A stretch of DNA of 64,000 nt, taken from the IMG/VR virus record IMGVR_UViG_3300045988_179062; one strand, given 5' to 3'. The first letter of the stretch is position 1; each line of letters opens with the position of its first letter. Both the position numbers and the translations under genes were made by a program. This DNA comes from a virus. Below are positions 1 to 9,329 of the stretch, piece by piece. Under the pieces are notes generated by a model. It was not told the DNA's origin and made no database searches. It worked only from the letters and a program-made list of their open reading frames with translations.

Positions 1-1166
1 CGTGCTCCTTCGTCGTCAACGAAAAGGACCGTCCGCTCAGCAAAGCCAAGCGCCACGAGCTTTACGAAAAGGCGCAGACGGCACCGCCGGCCATTTACTT
101 CATCAATCGCGAACTGGTCTGCGACCTTGTCGAGCACACCAAGCACTGGTGCTATCCCATCGTCGTGCTTGATGAAGCGCAATCCTTCAAGACCTATAAC
201 TCCGCAAGATTCAAAGCCCTCAAGAAGGTCCGTCCGCAAATCCAGCGTCTTATCGAGCTGACGGGTACGCCGTCGCCCAACGGGCTGATGGACCTGTGGA
301 GCCAAATCTACCTGCTGGATGAAGGCGAGCGTCTCGGCCGCACCATCACGGCATATCGCAACCGTTTCTTCTATCCGGGCATGATAGTCAACGGCTATCC
401 GGTCAAATGGATACCGAAACCGGGTGCGGAACAGGAGATTTACGAACTCATTTCCGACCTTGTCATCTCCATGAAGAACACGGCGTTGACCCTGCCGCCA
501 CTGACGATGAACAACGTCTACGTCCACATGGAGCCGAAGGAGAAGAAACTCTACGACGAGATGAAGAAGGAATACGTCCTCAGCTTCAAGACGGGCGTTG
601 CCGAAGACGATGTCGTGGATGTCATCGCGGCTAACGCGGCTGTGCTGTCCGCAAAACTGCGACAGATGGCATCTGGCGCCTTGTATGTCGACGATGCGCA
701 TAACTACCGCATCATACATCGTCGCAAACTGGAACATGTCGCATACCTACTGCGCAGCACGTCATCACCGGTCATCATCGCATACCATTTCCAAACGGAC
801 AGAATCATGCTGGAAACCTACCTCACGTCACTCGGGTTCGACGTCCAGTCGTTCGACGGCTCAGCCGGCATGATACGCGCATGGAACGCGGGGCAGATAC
901 CGGTCATGCTGCTGCAGCCCGCATCCGCCGGTCACGGATTGAACCTGCAGGACGGCGGTCATACGCTCATCTGGTATACCATCCCGTGGTCGCTGGAGGA
1001 ATATCAGCAGACCAATGCCCGCCTGTACCGACAGGGACAGACCGACCCCGTCGTCATTCACCATATCCTGACCAAAGGCACCATCGACGAGCAGGTACTC
1101 AGAGCAATCGACAAGAAGGACATGTCGCAGTCCCAGCTCATCGACGCCGTCATGGCAGAATTTTAA
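1..1166 (+). CDS. SNF2-family helicase, C-terminal part (5' end lies outside the window)
   Basis: The frame is open from position 3. 'VVLDEAQSFK' is a DEAH/DEAQ box (helicase motif II). Downstream lie the HELICc motifs 'LLQPASAGHGLNLQ' and 'YRQGQT' (motif VI-like). No start codon falls within the window. Confidence 0.8.
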   Translation, partial: CSFVVNEKDRPLSKAKRHELYEKAQTAPPAIYFINRELVCDLVEHTKHWCYPIVVLDEAQSFKTYNSARFKALKKVRPQIQRLIELTGTPSPNGLMDLWSQIYLLDEGERLGRTITAYRNRFFYPGMIVNGYPVKWIPKPGAEQEIYELISDLVISMKNTALTLPPLTMNNVYVHMEPKEKKLYDEMKKEYVLSFKTGVAEDDVVDVIAANAAVLSAKLRQMASGALYVDDAHNYRIIHRRKLEHVAYLLRSTSSPVIIAYHFQTDRIMLETYLTSLGFDVQSFDGSAGMIRAWNAGQIPVMLLQPASAGHGLNLQDGGHTLIWYTIPWSLEEYQQTNARLYRQGQTDPVVIHHILTKGTIDEQVLRAIDKKDMSQSQLIDAVMAEF

Positions 1167-1179
1167 TAACAAAAGGAGG

Positions 1180-1677
1180 ATGCCCATCGTGTCCGATTCA
1201 ACCAATGTTCCCACACCGGTCTCCGATGTCATCGCAAAGATGAACGAAGTGCTTAACGCACTGGATACCAACGAATCAGTATCGGATGTACGAACCCTTG
1301 CCGAATACGTCAAGGGCATGCTCGATGCAACAAGTACGGTCGAGACCGAACTCGCGCAGAAAGGCATCAGCTTGGTCGACGTAACTAACGCCGACCCCGC
1401 ACATATCGCTGATGCCCTGCCACCCACTATCGTGGAGGCAGCATATAGAAAGCAGGAGCTTTCTTATCGCATGCAGGACGCACACGTGCATGTCATTGAC
1501 ATGCACGAAACCTACGCGTGCGTACCAGACCCAGAAGCGATGCAGTCGTCGGATTTTGAGGAGATTGCTCGGCGTTTTCTTGATGACTATGACTGCAATT
1601 TGAGCGAAAATCAGCAATGGGAGAACGTGATTCTCCAATATGCAAAGGATTTTCGCTTTGACTGTATGTCGTCCTGA
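1180..1677 (+). CDS. hypothetical protein (the true start may be the GTG at 1192)
   Basis: GGAGG at 1175-1179 sits directly against the ATG at 1180 and 9 nt before the GTG at 1192. The gene is co-directional and tightly spaced after the helicase gene. No recognisable motif. Confidence 0.5.
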   Translation: MPIVSDSTNVPTPVSDVIAKMNEVLNALDTNESVSDVRTLAEYVKGMLDATSTVETELAQKGISLVDVTNADPAHIADALPPTIVEAAYRKQELSYRMQDAHVHVIDMHETYACVPDPEAMQSSDFEEIARRFLDDYDCNLSENQQWENVILQYAKDFRFDCMSS

Positions 1678-1852
1678 CCTATGCAGGTCAGGGGTCGTTA
1701 TACAACACGATTCCCCCAACCGTCCTTCGGGCGGTCGGGGGAAACACATTAAGCAGATAAGCGCCGATGTTCCATCGGCCGATTGCCTTTTTGAAGGAAT
1801 GTAAACTGCACATTCCAAATCAATAATTTTCAACGAAAAGGAGTTGGTACGT

Positions 1853-3118
1853 ATGTTCAAACACAATACTTCACCTGACAAGTCAGGTATCCACAACGTG
1901 ACACAGAAGGTGTCACAGAATATCGCAAAGGCAAGGACTTGGGCTGGTAGCCACAAGCCTCAGACGATTGCAATCATCGTGGTGGTAATCCTCGCAGTTG
2001 GTGCAATCGGAGTTGGCGTTGCCTATTCCGCTGGCGCTTTCGCACCGCAGACCAAGCATGCCGCAACCACAGTCGACAAGTCTACTGAAGAGGAGACTGT
2101 CGATGTGACCCTTAATGTTACAGCCGACAACGGCTGGGACGAGAACTCCACACCCGCTATCGCCCATATCGAGAGCGAGAACAACGATGTGGACTTCTAC
2201 CACGCGGTGACCCCTGATGCCGAGGGCAACAAGGGCACTTCCACGGTCGCACTTGCCGAGGGCGACTACACCGTGAGCTTCGTCAGCCCTGTCAACTCTG
2301 ACGGTTCCGCCTTCGACATCTACGACACGGGCGCTCCTGTCGACATCACCGTTGATGCTGACGCGAAGACCGCACCTGCAGTCGACTGCCCTATGACGCA
2401 GATTCCTGCTGACCAAGTTACGGACGAGATGCTTGCACACATCATCGACCAGACCAAGGACGCCATCGAGAAGGGTGACGAGACCTTGAAGGGCGATGCT
2501 GGCACTGGCATCCTCGACAAACTTGAGGGCAATGTCGCGCAGAACCCGAACGCAAGCGACGAGACTAAGCAGGAGGCAACTGACGCCGACAAGGAAGTCG
2601 ATGTCAACAAGGAGCCTGCTCAGACGACTCCGCCTGCTACGACTGACAACAGCAACACTGGTTCTCAGTCTTCCAACACTGGCAACCAGTCTACCAGCAC
2701 TGGTTCTTCGAACTCTGGTTCTACCAGCACTGGTAACTCTGGCAACTCTGGTTCGTCTTCCAGCAAGCCTTCTCAGACTTCCAAGCCTGCCCACACGCAC
2801 ACTTGGGTGAACCATACGGCTACCCGTCAGGTCTGGGTGAGCAACTGGGTTGATGTGCCTGACTACGGTACTCAGCAGGTTGCTGTCTGTAACAAGTATA
2901 TCTTCGCTTACGACGGCTATGCCACTACCGACATCAACGACGCCAAAGCCCATGCCCGTGCGTTGCTTATACAGGGCGTACCTGAAAACTACCGTACTGA
3001 GCCTGTCTACGAGACCCAGACGGTTCAGACTGGTTCCCACAAGGAGGACCACGGTTCCTACACGACCGAAACCTACGTGGACTACGTGTATTGCAGTTCG
3101 TGTGGTGCTCGTCAGTAG
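1853..3118 (+). CDS. secreted/membrane-anchored protein with a Ser/Thr/Gly/Asn-rich low-complexity linker
   Basis: RBS AAAGGAG lies 9 nt before the ATG at 1853 (the ORF track starts at a TTG at 1844). There is an N-terminal hydrophobic helix, 'IAIIVVVILAVGAIGVGVAY'. The linker is a long 'TGSQSSNTGNQSTSTGSSNSGSTSTGNSGNSGSSSS' stretch. The C-terminal domain is Cys-containing. Confidence 0.55.
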   Translation: MFKHNTSPDKSGIHNVTQKVSQNIAKARTWAGSHKPQTIAIIVVVILAVGAIGVGVAYSAGAFAPQTKHAATTVDKSTEEETVDVTLNVTADNGWDENSTPAIAHIESENNDVDFYHAVTPDAEGNKGTSTVALAEGDYTVSFVSPVNSDGSAFDIYDTGAPVDITVDADAKTAPAVDCPMTQIPADQVTDEMLAHIIDQTKDAIEKGDETLKGDAGTGILDKLEGNVAQNPNASDETKQEATDADKEVDVNKEPAQTTPPATTDNSNTGSQSSNTGNQSTSTGSSNSGSTSTGNSGNSGSSSSKPSQTSKPAHTHTWVNHTATRQVWVSNWVDVPDYGTQQVAVCNKYIFAYDGYATTDINDAKAHARALLIQGVPENYRTEPVYETQTVQTGSHKEDHGSYTTETYVDYVYCSSCGARQ

Positions 3119-3278
3119 CACCACTCCCGCCTAAGCGGGATGCGGGTGCTCGCCAGTAACGGGTGACATAGCCATCAATAACGACGAGACCATCACGGCA
3201 CGTACTGTGTTCGGGCATAGCCCTCACAGACCCGCGCGCTCCCTTTCGGTCGCGTGCAGGTGTCCGTTTCCCGAACAA

Positions 3279-3316
3279 GGGGAGCGTCCGTATAACGGAT
3301 GCTCCCCTTTATTTTT
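3279..3316 (+). terminator. Rho-independent terminator
   Basis: A 12-bp stem, GGGGAGCGTCCG / CGGATGCTCCCC (one G.U pair), has loop TATAA and is followed by TTTATTTTT. Confidence 0.7.
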
Positions 3317-3597
3317 ACGCGAAGGGCAATAGCATGTCGCGGCGTTGCCGCGGACCATCAAGGGAATCATAATCAAGGCTTGCCATCGAAAATACGACTT
3401 AACGAACGCAAGCCGACGGTTTCCAAACAAACTGAGAGGCAATTTAAGACCCCGAAACAGACGCGTTGGCATCCTTGTACCAACAACCAAATAAAATCGC
3501 TTCTAAGCATAAATAAACGCCTCTATCCCGTATAACCGACTCCCGTCGGCGAGAGCCGAAAACGCAAAACCGTATAACGAAAGGAGGAACACACCCC

Positions 3598-4332
3598 ATG
3601 CGCTACTTCACATCCGACCTGCATCTGGCACACCCGTTCGTCGCCGCGACGCGCGGTTTCTGGAAACCCGGGCAGAAGCCCGACCGCGACATCATCGAGG
3701 AGCCTGACGGCATCAACCAACTGCGACGCGAGCTGTCGGAATACCGATTCAACGAGATGGTCGACACGGAGGCCCATGACAGGCTCATCATCAGACGCAT
3801 CAACGCCGTGTGCGGTAAGAACGACGACCTCTACATCGCGGGCGACCTGTCCGCCGGCGGCCACAAGAGCCTCCGCCGCGCCCTGTACCTGCTCGACGGC
3901 CTGACCGTACCTCATTCGCGCATCCACCTGATACTGGGAAACCACGACGGCTTCCACATCCGAAACACCAACGCGTACGACTTCGCGTCCGTCTGCATCG
4001 GCTCCATATCGGACAACCTGTTCCTGACGCTTGCGAACGGCATGCCCGCCATCATCTCGCATACGCCACGCAAGACGTACATCGAACGGGGAGTCGAGCT
4101 GAAGGACGCCGCATCGAACTCGCTGGACAAGACATTGCTGAAATATGCGACCGACGTGCCGGACAATATCGTCCATCTCTACGGGCACACCCACGGGAAA
4201 TCGCCCGACGAGTTCCATGACGGGACGAGCATCAACATCGGACTCGACGCGTGGCGCCTTCGCCCGGTATCCGAGCGTCAAATCATCGAGACACTTGCGC
4301 AGATGCAGGCGACCGACTGCACGCAGACCTGA
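3598..4332 (+). CDS. calcineurin-like metallophosphoesterase
   Basis: Metallophosphatase signature blocks are present: 'SDLHLAHP', 'GDLS', 'GNHD' and 'GHTHG'. RBS GAAAGGAGG is upstream. Confidence 0.75.
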   Translation: MRYFTSDLHLAHPFVAATRGFWKPGQKPDRDIIEEPDGINQLRRELSEYRFNEMVDTEAHDRLIIRRINAVCGKNDDLYIAGDLSAGGHKSLRRALYLLDGLTVPHSRIHLILGNHDGFHIRNTNAYDFASVCIGSISDNLFLTLANGMPAIISHTPRKTYIERGVELKDAASNSLDKTLLKYATDVPDNIVHLYGHTHGKSPDEFHDGTSINIGLDAWRLRPVSERQIIETLAQMQATDCTQT

Positions 4333-4803
4333 TTGAGACGATAATGCGCCTCACGGCGCGAGCATGCGTGCACGGACCACATCCGGCCTTCCGAAAAGCG
4401 CCTGACGGCGCCGGAAGCGCTATTGAATGTGGTTCCGAAAACATAGAAAACGCCTCGTGGGAAAACCTGCGGGGCGTTTGCTTTCGCAAACAAAAGCCAC
4501 GCCGTGGCTTCGAGAACGATAGTAGAATCCATGGGTGAGATACCTTGCGGGTGCAAACGTAAGAATATTCGAATCCATGCAGAACTCCAGCAAGAGTTGC
4601 ACCTCTTGCGGTCTTACTCTCAGACGGATGACCTCGAAAATCATCGACAGTCGGGGTCCGGGTTGCCAAAAGGGCAGTCGCGGACGGAGTAAGACCTATT
4701 TTTTTTCAGGCACGCACACCATGACGCCAAAAGGCGTCCGACAGGTGACGTGCTGACGGGGTTCATGACAAGCATTACCCCACGTCAGACGCCTATTTTC
4801 ACT

Positions 4804-4842
4804 TGAAAATGAGTAGAAAAAATGAGATAATAATGTATACAC
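4804..4842 (+). promoter_or_regulatory. sigma70-like promoter (TTGAAA-17-GATAAT) with an adjacent TGTATACA palindrome upstream of nrdD
   Basis: TTGAAA lies at 4804-4809, a 17-nt spacer follows, and GATAAT lies at 4827-4832. The 8-bp perfect palindrome TGTATACA at 4835-4842 is a possible operator. Confidence 0.5.
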
Positions 4843-4860
4843 ATAACAGGAAAGGAGGCA

Positions 4861-5031
4861 ATGTCAACTATGGTGAAACGAACCATTACTCATGATGAAC
4901 TTGCTGCTCTGTGTGAGGCCCGCGATACGCTCTGCGGTTATTGCGAAGCCGATGAATGCGAGAAGTGCATCGTCACCAACCTAATTGACGATGCATACAA
5001 TGAACTGGAAGATGACGAATCATCTGATTAG
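4861..5031 (+). CDS. small Cys-rich (zinc-ribbon-like) protein, 56 aa, missed by the >=60-aa ORF track
   Basis: ATG at 4861 is preceded by GGAAAGGAGG. The translation is MSTMVKRTITHDELAALCEARDTLCGYCEADECEKCIVTNLIDDAYNELEDDESSD. It stops 15 nt before nrdD. Confidence 0.4.
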   Translation: MSTMVKRTITHDELAALCEARDTLCGYCEADECEKCIVTNLIDDAYNELEDDESSD

Positions 5032-5046
5032 AAAGGAGACTGGAAC

Positions 5047-7299
5047 ATGAACGTTATCAAACGCAACGGAACCGAAGTTCCGTTCAACCCCCAAAACATC
5101 ATCAACGCCGTGACCAAGGCCAACAATTCCATCGACGACGTATCCAAGCGAATGTCCGCGCTGCAGATTCGCGTCATAGAGGAGCAGGTCGAGAAAAAGC
5201 TCATGACCTTGGGTCGTGCGGCACATATCGAGGAGATTCAGGACCTCGTCATTCACGCCATCATGGCGCAACAAGCGTATGAGGTCGCCCAACACTACAC
5301 CGAGTACCGTTACAAGAAGGCACTCATCCGCAAGAGCAATTCCACCGATGACGCGATTCTCGCCCTCGTCGATTACGAGAACGAGGACATGAAACAGGAG
5401 AACTCCAACAAGAACCCGCAGATTGCATCGACACAGCGCGACTACATCGCCGGCATCGTGTCCCGTGACATCACATGGCGATTGCTTCTCCCTGAGGACA
5501 TCTCGGAGGCACAGAAGCAGGGCATCCTGCACTTCCACGATGCCGATTACTTCATGCAGCACATCCAGAACTGCAGCCTCATCAATCTGGACGACATGCT
5601 GCAGAACGGCACGGTCATCACCGACACGCTGATTGAGAGGCCCCAGAGTCTGGCATCTGCCGCCAACATCGCCACGCAGATTGTGGCGCAGGTCGCATCC
5701 AACCAATACGGCGGTCAGACCTTCACCCTGTCGCATCTGGCACCGTTCGTCGACGTGTCCCGCCGAAAGATTCGCTATCGCATCGAGGACGAGCTTGCCG
5801 AATGCGGCGCCTGCCTCAACGACAAGCAGATTGCGTCCATCGTCGAGGACCAGCTGGCCTATGAGATTCGCTCTGCCGTGCAGACCATCCAGTACCAGCT
5901 CATCACGCTGATGACGACCAACGGCCAGACGCCGTTCGTGAGCATGTGCATGTACCTCGACGAGGTTCCCGCCGGACGTACACGCGATGACCTTGCCCTG
6001 CTGATTCAAGAGGTCCTCAACCAGCGCATCCTTGGCGTAAAGAACAAGGAAGGCGCTTACGTCACGCCCGCGTTCCCGAAGCTCCTCTACGTCCTCGATG
6101 AGGACAACATTCACAAGGACAGCCCGTACTACTATCTGACGGAACTTGCCGCCAAGTGCACGGCGAAGCGCATGGTTCCCGACTACATCTCGGCCAAGGT
6201 CATGCGCGAGATGAAGAATGGCGATGTCTACCCGTGCATGGGCTGCCGCTCGTTCCTGACGCCGTGGCGCGTTCCTGATGAGAAAGGCAACATCGCCAAT
6301 GCCGGCAACTACGTTCCCGGACAGCACAAGTATTACGGCCGCTTCAATCAGGGCGTTGTGACCATCAACCTGCCTGACGTCGCGCTGTCGTCACATCAGG
6401 ACATGGATGATTTCTGGCGCATCTTCGACGAACGTCTGGAACTGTGCCATAAGGCACTGCGCATCCGCCATGAACGTCTGAAAGGAACCACATCGGACAT
6501 CGCGCCGATTCTGTACCAGCATGGAGCTATCGCCCGATTCAAGCCCGGTGAGGTCATCGACCCGTTGCTCTATGACGGATACTCCACGCTGAGCCTCGGC
6601 TACGCCGGCCTCTACGAGTGCGTGAAGTACATGACCGGCCAGTCCCATACGGAAGAGAACGGCAAGACGTTCGCTCTGCAGGTCATGCAGCACCTCAACG
6701 ACAAGTGCAACGAATGGAAGGCAGCCGAGAACATCGACTACTCCCTGTACGGAACGCCTATCGAGTCGACCACGTACACGTTCGCCCGCAAGCTGCAGGA
6801 GCGCTTCGGCATCATCAAGGACGTGACCGACCACGAATACATCACCAACAGCTATCACGTGAACGTGCGCGAGGACATCGACGCGTTCGAGAAGCTGCGC
6901 TTGGAAGGTGAGTTCCAGAAGCTGTCCCCGGGCGGTGCCGTCTCTTACGTCGAGGCGCCGAACATGGAGAACAACATCCCCGCCGTGCTCAAGATTGTCC
7001 GCTGCATCTACGACAGCATCCTGTATGCGGAGATTAACATCAAGAGCGACCACTGCCAGAAGTGCGGCTACGACGGCGAGGCCAAAATCGTCGATGACGA
7101 GAACGGCAAGCATATCTGGCAATGCCCGAACTGCGGCAACACCGACCAGCGCTATCTCAACGTGGCGCGCCGCACTTGCGGCTATATCGGGACCCAGTTC
7201 TGGAACCAAGGCCGCACGGAGGAGATTCGCGACCGCGTACTCCACGTATCGCTTCCCGAGTTCGACGACGCCGACGCCGCCGGCAATCGACCGCGATAG
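5047..7299 (+). CDS. nrdD: anaerobic ribonucleoside-triphosphate reductase (class III), large subunit
   Basis: An N-terminal ATP-cone ('VIKRNGTEVPF') is present. The C-terminal zinc ribbon is 'CQKCGY...CPNCG'. The glycyl-radical motif is 'RTCGYIG'. The length is typical for NrdD. Confidence 0.9.
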   Translation: MNVIKRNGTEVPFNPQNIINAVTKANNSIDDVSKRMSALQIRVIEEQVEKKLMTLGRAAHIEEIQDLVIHAIMAQQAYEVAQHYTEYRYKKALIRKSNSTDDAILALVDYENEDMKQENSNKNPQIASTQRDYIAGIVSRDITWRLLLPEDISEAQKQGILHFHDADYFMQHIQNCSLINLDDMLQNGTVITDTLIERPQSLASAANIATQIVAQVASNQYGGQTFTLSHLAPFVDVSRRKIRYRIEDELAECGACLNDKQIASIVEDQLAYEIRSAVQTIQYQLITLMTTNGQTPFVSMCMYLDEVPAGRTRDDLALLIQEVLNQRILGVKNKEGAYVTPAFPKLLYVLDEDNIHKDSPYYYLTELAAKCTAKRMVPDYISAKVMREMKNGDVYPCMGCRSFLTPWRVPDEKGNIANAGNYVPGQHKYYGRFNQGVVTINLPDVALSSHQDMDDFWRIFDERLELCHKALRIRHERLKGTTSDIAPILYQHGAIARFKPGEVIDPLLYDGYSTLSLGYAGLYECVKYMTGQSHTEENGKTFALQVMQHLNDKCNEWKAAENIDYSLYGTPIESTTYTFARKLQERFGIIKDVTDHEYITNSYHVNVREDIDAFEKLRLEGEFQKLSPGGAVSYVEAPNMENNIPAVLKIVRCIYDSILYAEINIKSDHCQKCGYDGEAKIVDDENGKHIWQCPNCGNTDQRYLNVARRTCGYIGTQFWNQGRTEEIRDRVLHVSLPEFDDADAAGNRPR

Positions 7300-7401
7300 G
7301 CGACGGTCCGCATAGACGCAGCAAAAGGGGCGAACCATCTGACGACGGTCGCCCCTTTTGCTACTGCACCTATACCAACAACAGAAAGAAGGTATGCATC
7401 T

Positions 7402-7959
7402 ATGATAACAGATAAAATCCCGCCTGTCCATATCGGGCAAATCATCAAAGACGATGTCGCCAACGGCCCCGGCATAAGGCTGTCCGTGTTCCTGTCCGGC
7501 TGTCGCATCCACTGCAAAGGCTGCTTCCAGCCACAAACATGGAACTTCTGCTTCGGACACCCCGTCACCACTGACATGTACAACGACATCATGGACGAAC
7601 TGTCGAAACCGCAATATGACGGCATCACCGTACTCGGCGGCGAACCGTTCGAACCGGAAAATCAGCCGTTTTTGCTGAAACTGCTCCATGACCTGTATAT
7701 GCGCTATCCGCACATGTCGACATGGGTTTACAGCGGATGCACATTGGATGAGCTTCGCGACCCGTCATCGACGCATCATACGGATGACACCGATGAGATT
7801 CTCAGCCTCATTGATGTACTTGTCGCCGGTCCGTTTGAGCTTGACAAGAAAGACATCACCTTGGCTTGGTACGGGTCATCCAACCAAAAAGTCATTGACA
7901 TGACACGCACAAGGGCCGCTTCGTACCAAAAAGTATACGAATATGCACCCAAATCATAA
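7402..7959 (+). CDS. nrdG: anaerobic RNR activating protein (radical SAM)
   Basis: 'CRIHCKGC' is a CxxxCxxC radical-SAM cluster motif. The gene lies immediately downstream of nrdD. Its ~185-aa size is typical. Confidence 0.85.
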   Translation: MITDKIPPVHIGQIIKDDVANGPGIRLSVFLSGCRIHCKGCFQPQTWNFCFGHPVTTDMYNDIMDELSKPQYDGITVLGGEPFEPENQPFLLKLLHDLYMRYPHMSTWVYSGCTLDELRDPSSTHHTDDTDEILSLIDVLVAGPFELDKKDITLAWYGSSNQKVIDMTRTRAASYQKVYEYAPKS

Positions 7960-7965
7960 CGAAAC

Positions 7966-8009
7966 GGCGTTGAGCATTGACAACAGTCATACTCAGCGCC
8001 TTTTTCTTT
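7966..8009. terminator. bidirectional Rho-independent terminator between the nrdG (+) and 7993..8469 (-) genes
   Basis: The stem is GGCGTTGAG / CTCAGCGCC, followed by TTTTTCTTT. Confidence 0.6.
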
Positions 8010-8469
8010 CACAAAAGCCGTATATGCGACGACCGCACTTCGCTACCAGCACATCGCACTGACCGGCACGACATGTCTCGCACGACAAAACCGTGACATT
8101 ATCATCAGACACATCATCGCAATGCACAGAAGACGTGCAATGATGCTTCCCCTCACGGTCAGGTGCGACACAATCTATGGACCCGTCCATGACCTTGATA
8201 AACAACATGCCACGTCCGATATAACACGCCTTGAATATCAGCGACAAAACAATGAGGCCGACCATGACTGACAAAAGCCACAAATCGCGCTCGATACCGC
8301 CCATAGCCGTGCCGGCGACCATGAAAGCACAAAACCAAATGCCTACGTCCAAAAGACCATTGACTATCGTACGGTCGTGCTTCCTGAGAGCATACAAACG
8401 GCGACGAACACGCCGACGCTCCGCTGATGACGGCTTACGCCAACCATTCCCACCGTGAATGGTAATCAC
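7993..8469 (-). CDS. hypothetical membrane protein, Cys-rich C-terminus
   Basis: Two predicted TM helices ('GIWFCAFMVAGTAMGG', 'LLSVMVGLIVLSLIF') are present. The C-terminal cysteine cluster is 'CETCRAGQCDVLVAKCG'. Confidence 0.45.
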   Translation of the reverse strand: MITIHGGNGWRKPSSAERRRVRRRLYALRKHDRTIVNGLLDVGIWFCAFMVAGTAMGGIERDLWLLSVMVGLIVLSLIFKACYIGRGMLFIKVMDGSIDCVAPDREGKHHCTSSVHCDDVSDDNVTVLSCETCRAGQCDVLVAKCGRRIYGFCERKRR

Positions 8470-8558
8470 ATCTCATCATCCCCTTTCACCTTCATAAGAA
8501 AAGAGCTTTGCCCTTGCGAGCAAAGCCCCTATCTGTGCCTCAATCCGTATCGTACGTA

Positions 8559-9056
8559 TCAATCAACAGGAATACGCAAAGCGGAGTTCGCGTAAATCAG
8601 ATTGACATTACGAATCTGATTGAAGTTTGCCAACTCATCCACCGAGTAACCAAAAGCTGCGGAAAGAGATGTCAATGTATCACCCGGTGCAATAAGATAC
8701 ACATAGACACCATCTTCTGTCTGTATGACTCTCGACGAATCCAAACCCGCAGCTTCGAGAGTCGTGGAGAACGTCGGGTCATCTAACGAGCCTTCCGGTA
8801 TGGCGACACCGAGGACTTCGTCCTTGCTGTTCTGTGCCAGAACCAAATCGTCAAGATACGACAGGGACGCATCCGCATAACGGTTGTAATACGTACCCTG
8901 CAGACCAACCAACTCAGTGGATGCACGGTCCACCATGTTGTGATATGCATTTCCTGCCGTAGTACCAACAACACCCAGTAGCAAAAGCCCAACGACTGCA
9001 CTACCGCATATCAAAGAGATTGCCTTGCCACCGGGTCTACTTGGACATTTGCCCAT
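8559..9056 (-). CDS. LysM domain protein with an N-terminal signal/TM helix
   Basis: The C-terminal LysM consensus is 'YLIAPGDTLTSLSAAFGYSVDELANFNQI...IYANSALRIP'. There is an N-terminal hydrophobic helix. Confidence 0.65.
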   Translation of the reverse strand: MGKCPSRPGGKAISLICGSAVVGLLLLGVVGTTAGNAYHNMVDRASTELVGLQGTYYNRYADASLSYLDDLVLAQNSKDEVLGVAIPEGSLDDPTFSTTLEAAGLDSSRVIQTEDGVYVYLIAPGDTLTSLSAAFGYSVDELANFNQIRNVNLIYANSALRIPVD

Positions 9057-9098
9057 TGGCGTTCAGCCTCCTTTCTTATCGTATTTCTCGGAAATCCA

Positions 9099-9127
9099 TT
9101 GATTTACGAGATAAAATGTGCTATACT
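9099..9127 (+). promoter_or_regulatory. near-consensus sigma70 promoter (TTGATT-17-TATACT)
   Basis: TTGATT lies at 9099-9104 and TATACT at 9122-9127, ~200 nt upstream of the SSB-like gene. Confidence 0.45.
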
Positions 9128-9329
9128 AATTATACGCCAGAAAGGCGAAGATTTCAAGACCTTTCCTCTCATATACGAAAGGAACGGAGGTATGTTACCC
9201 CAACATGCGTATATGCCCTGATTCAGGGTTGTTACGACCGCATCGTCAGGTCGGATGGGAACCAAAACGGTGCGGTAATACTAAGACGCAGACTAAGACT
9301 AAGACTAAAATCAAGGAGGACTATTTACC

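Noticed and set aside
4400-4700. Cobalamin riboswitch upstream of the nrd operon.
   Set aside because: No B12-box (..GCCACTG..) or conserved cobalamin-element core is found. nrdD (class III) is not B12-dependent.
4835-4842. NrdR box at the nrdD promoter.
   Set aside because: Only an 8-bp TGTATACA palindrome is present. It does not fit the 16-bp acaCwAtATaTwGtgt NrdR consensus. It is retained only as a generic operator candidate.
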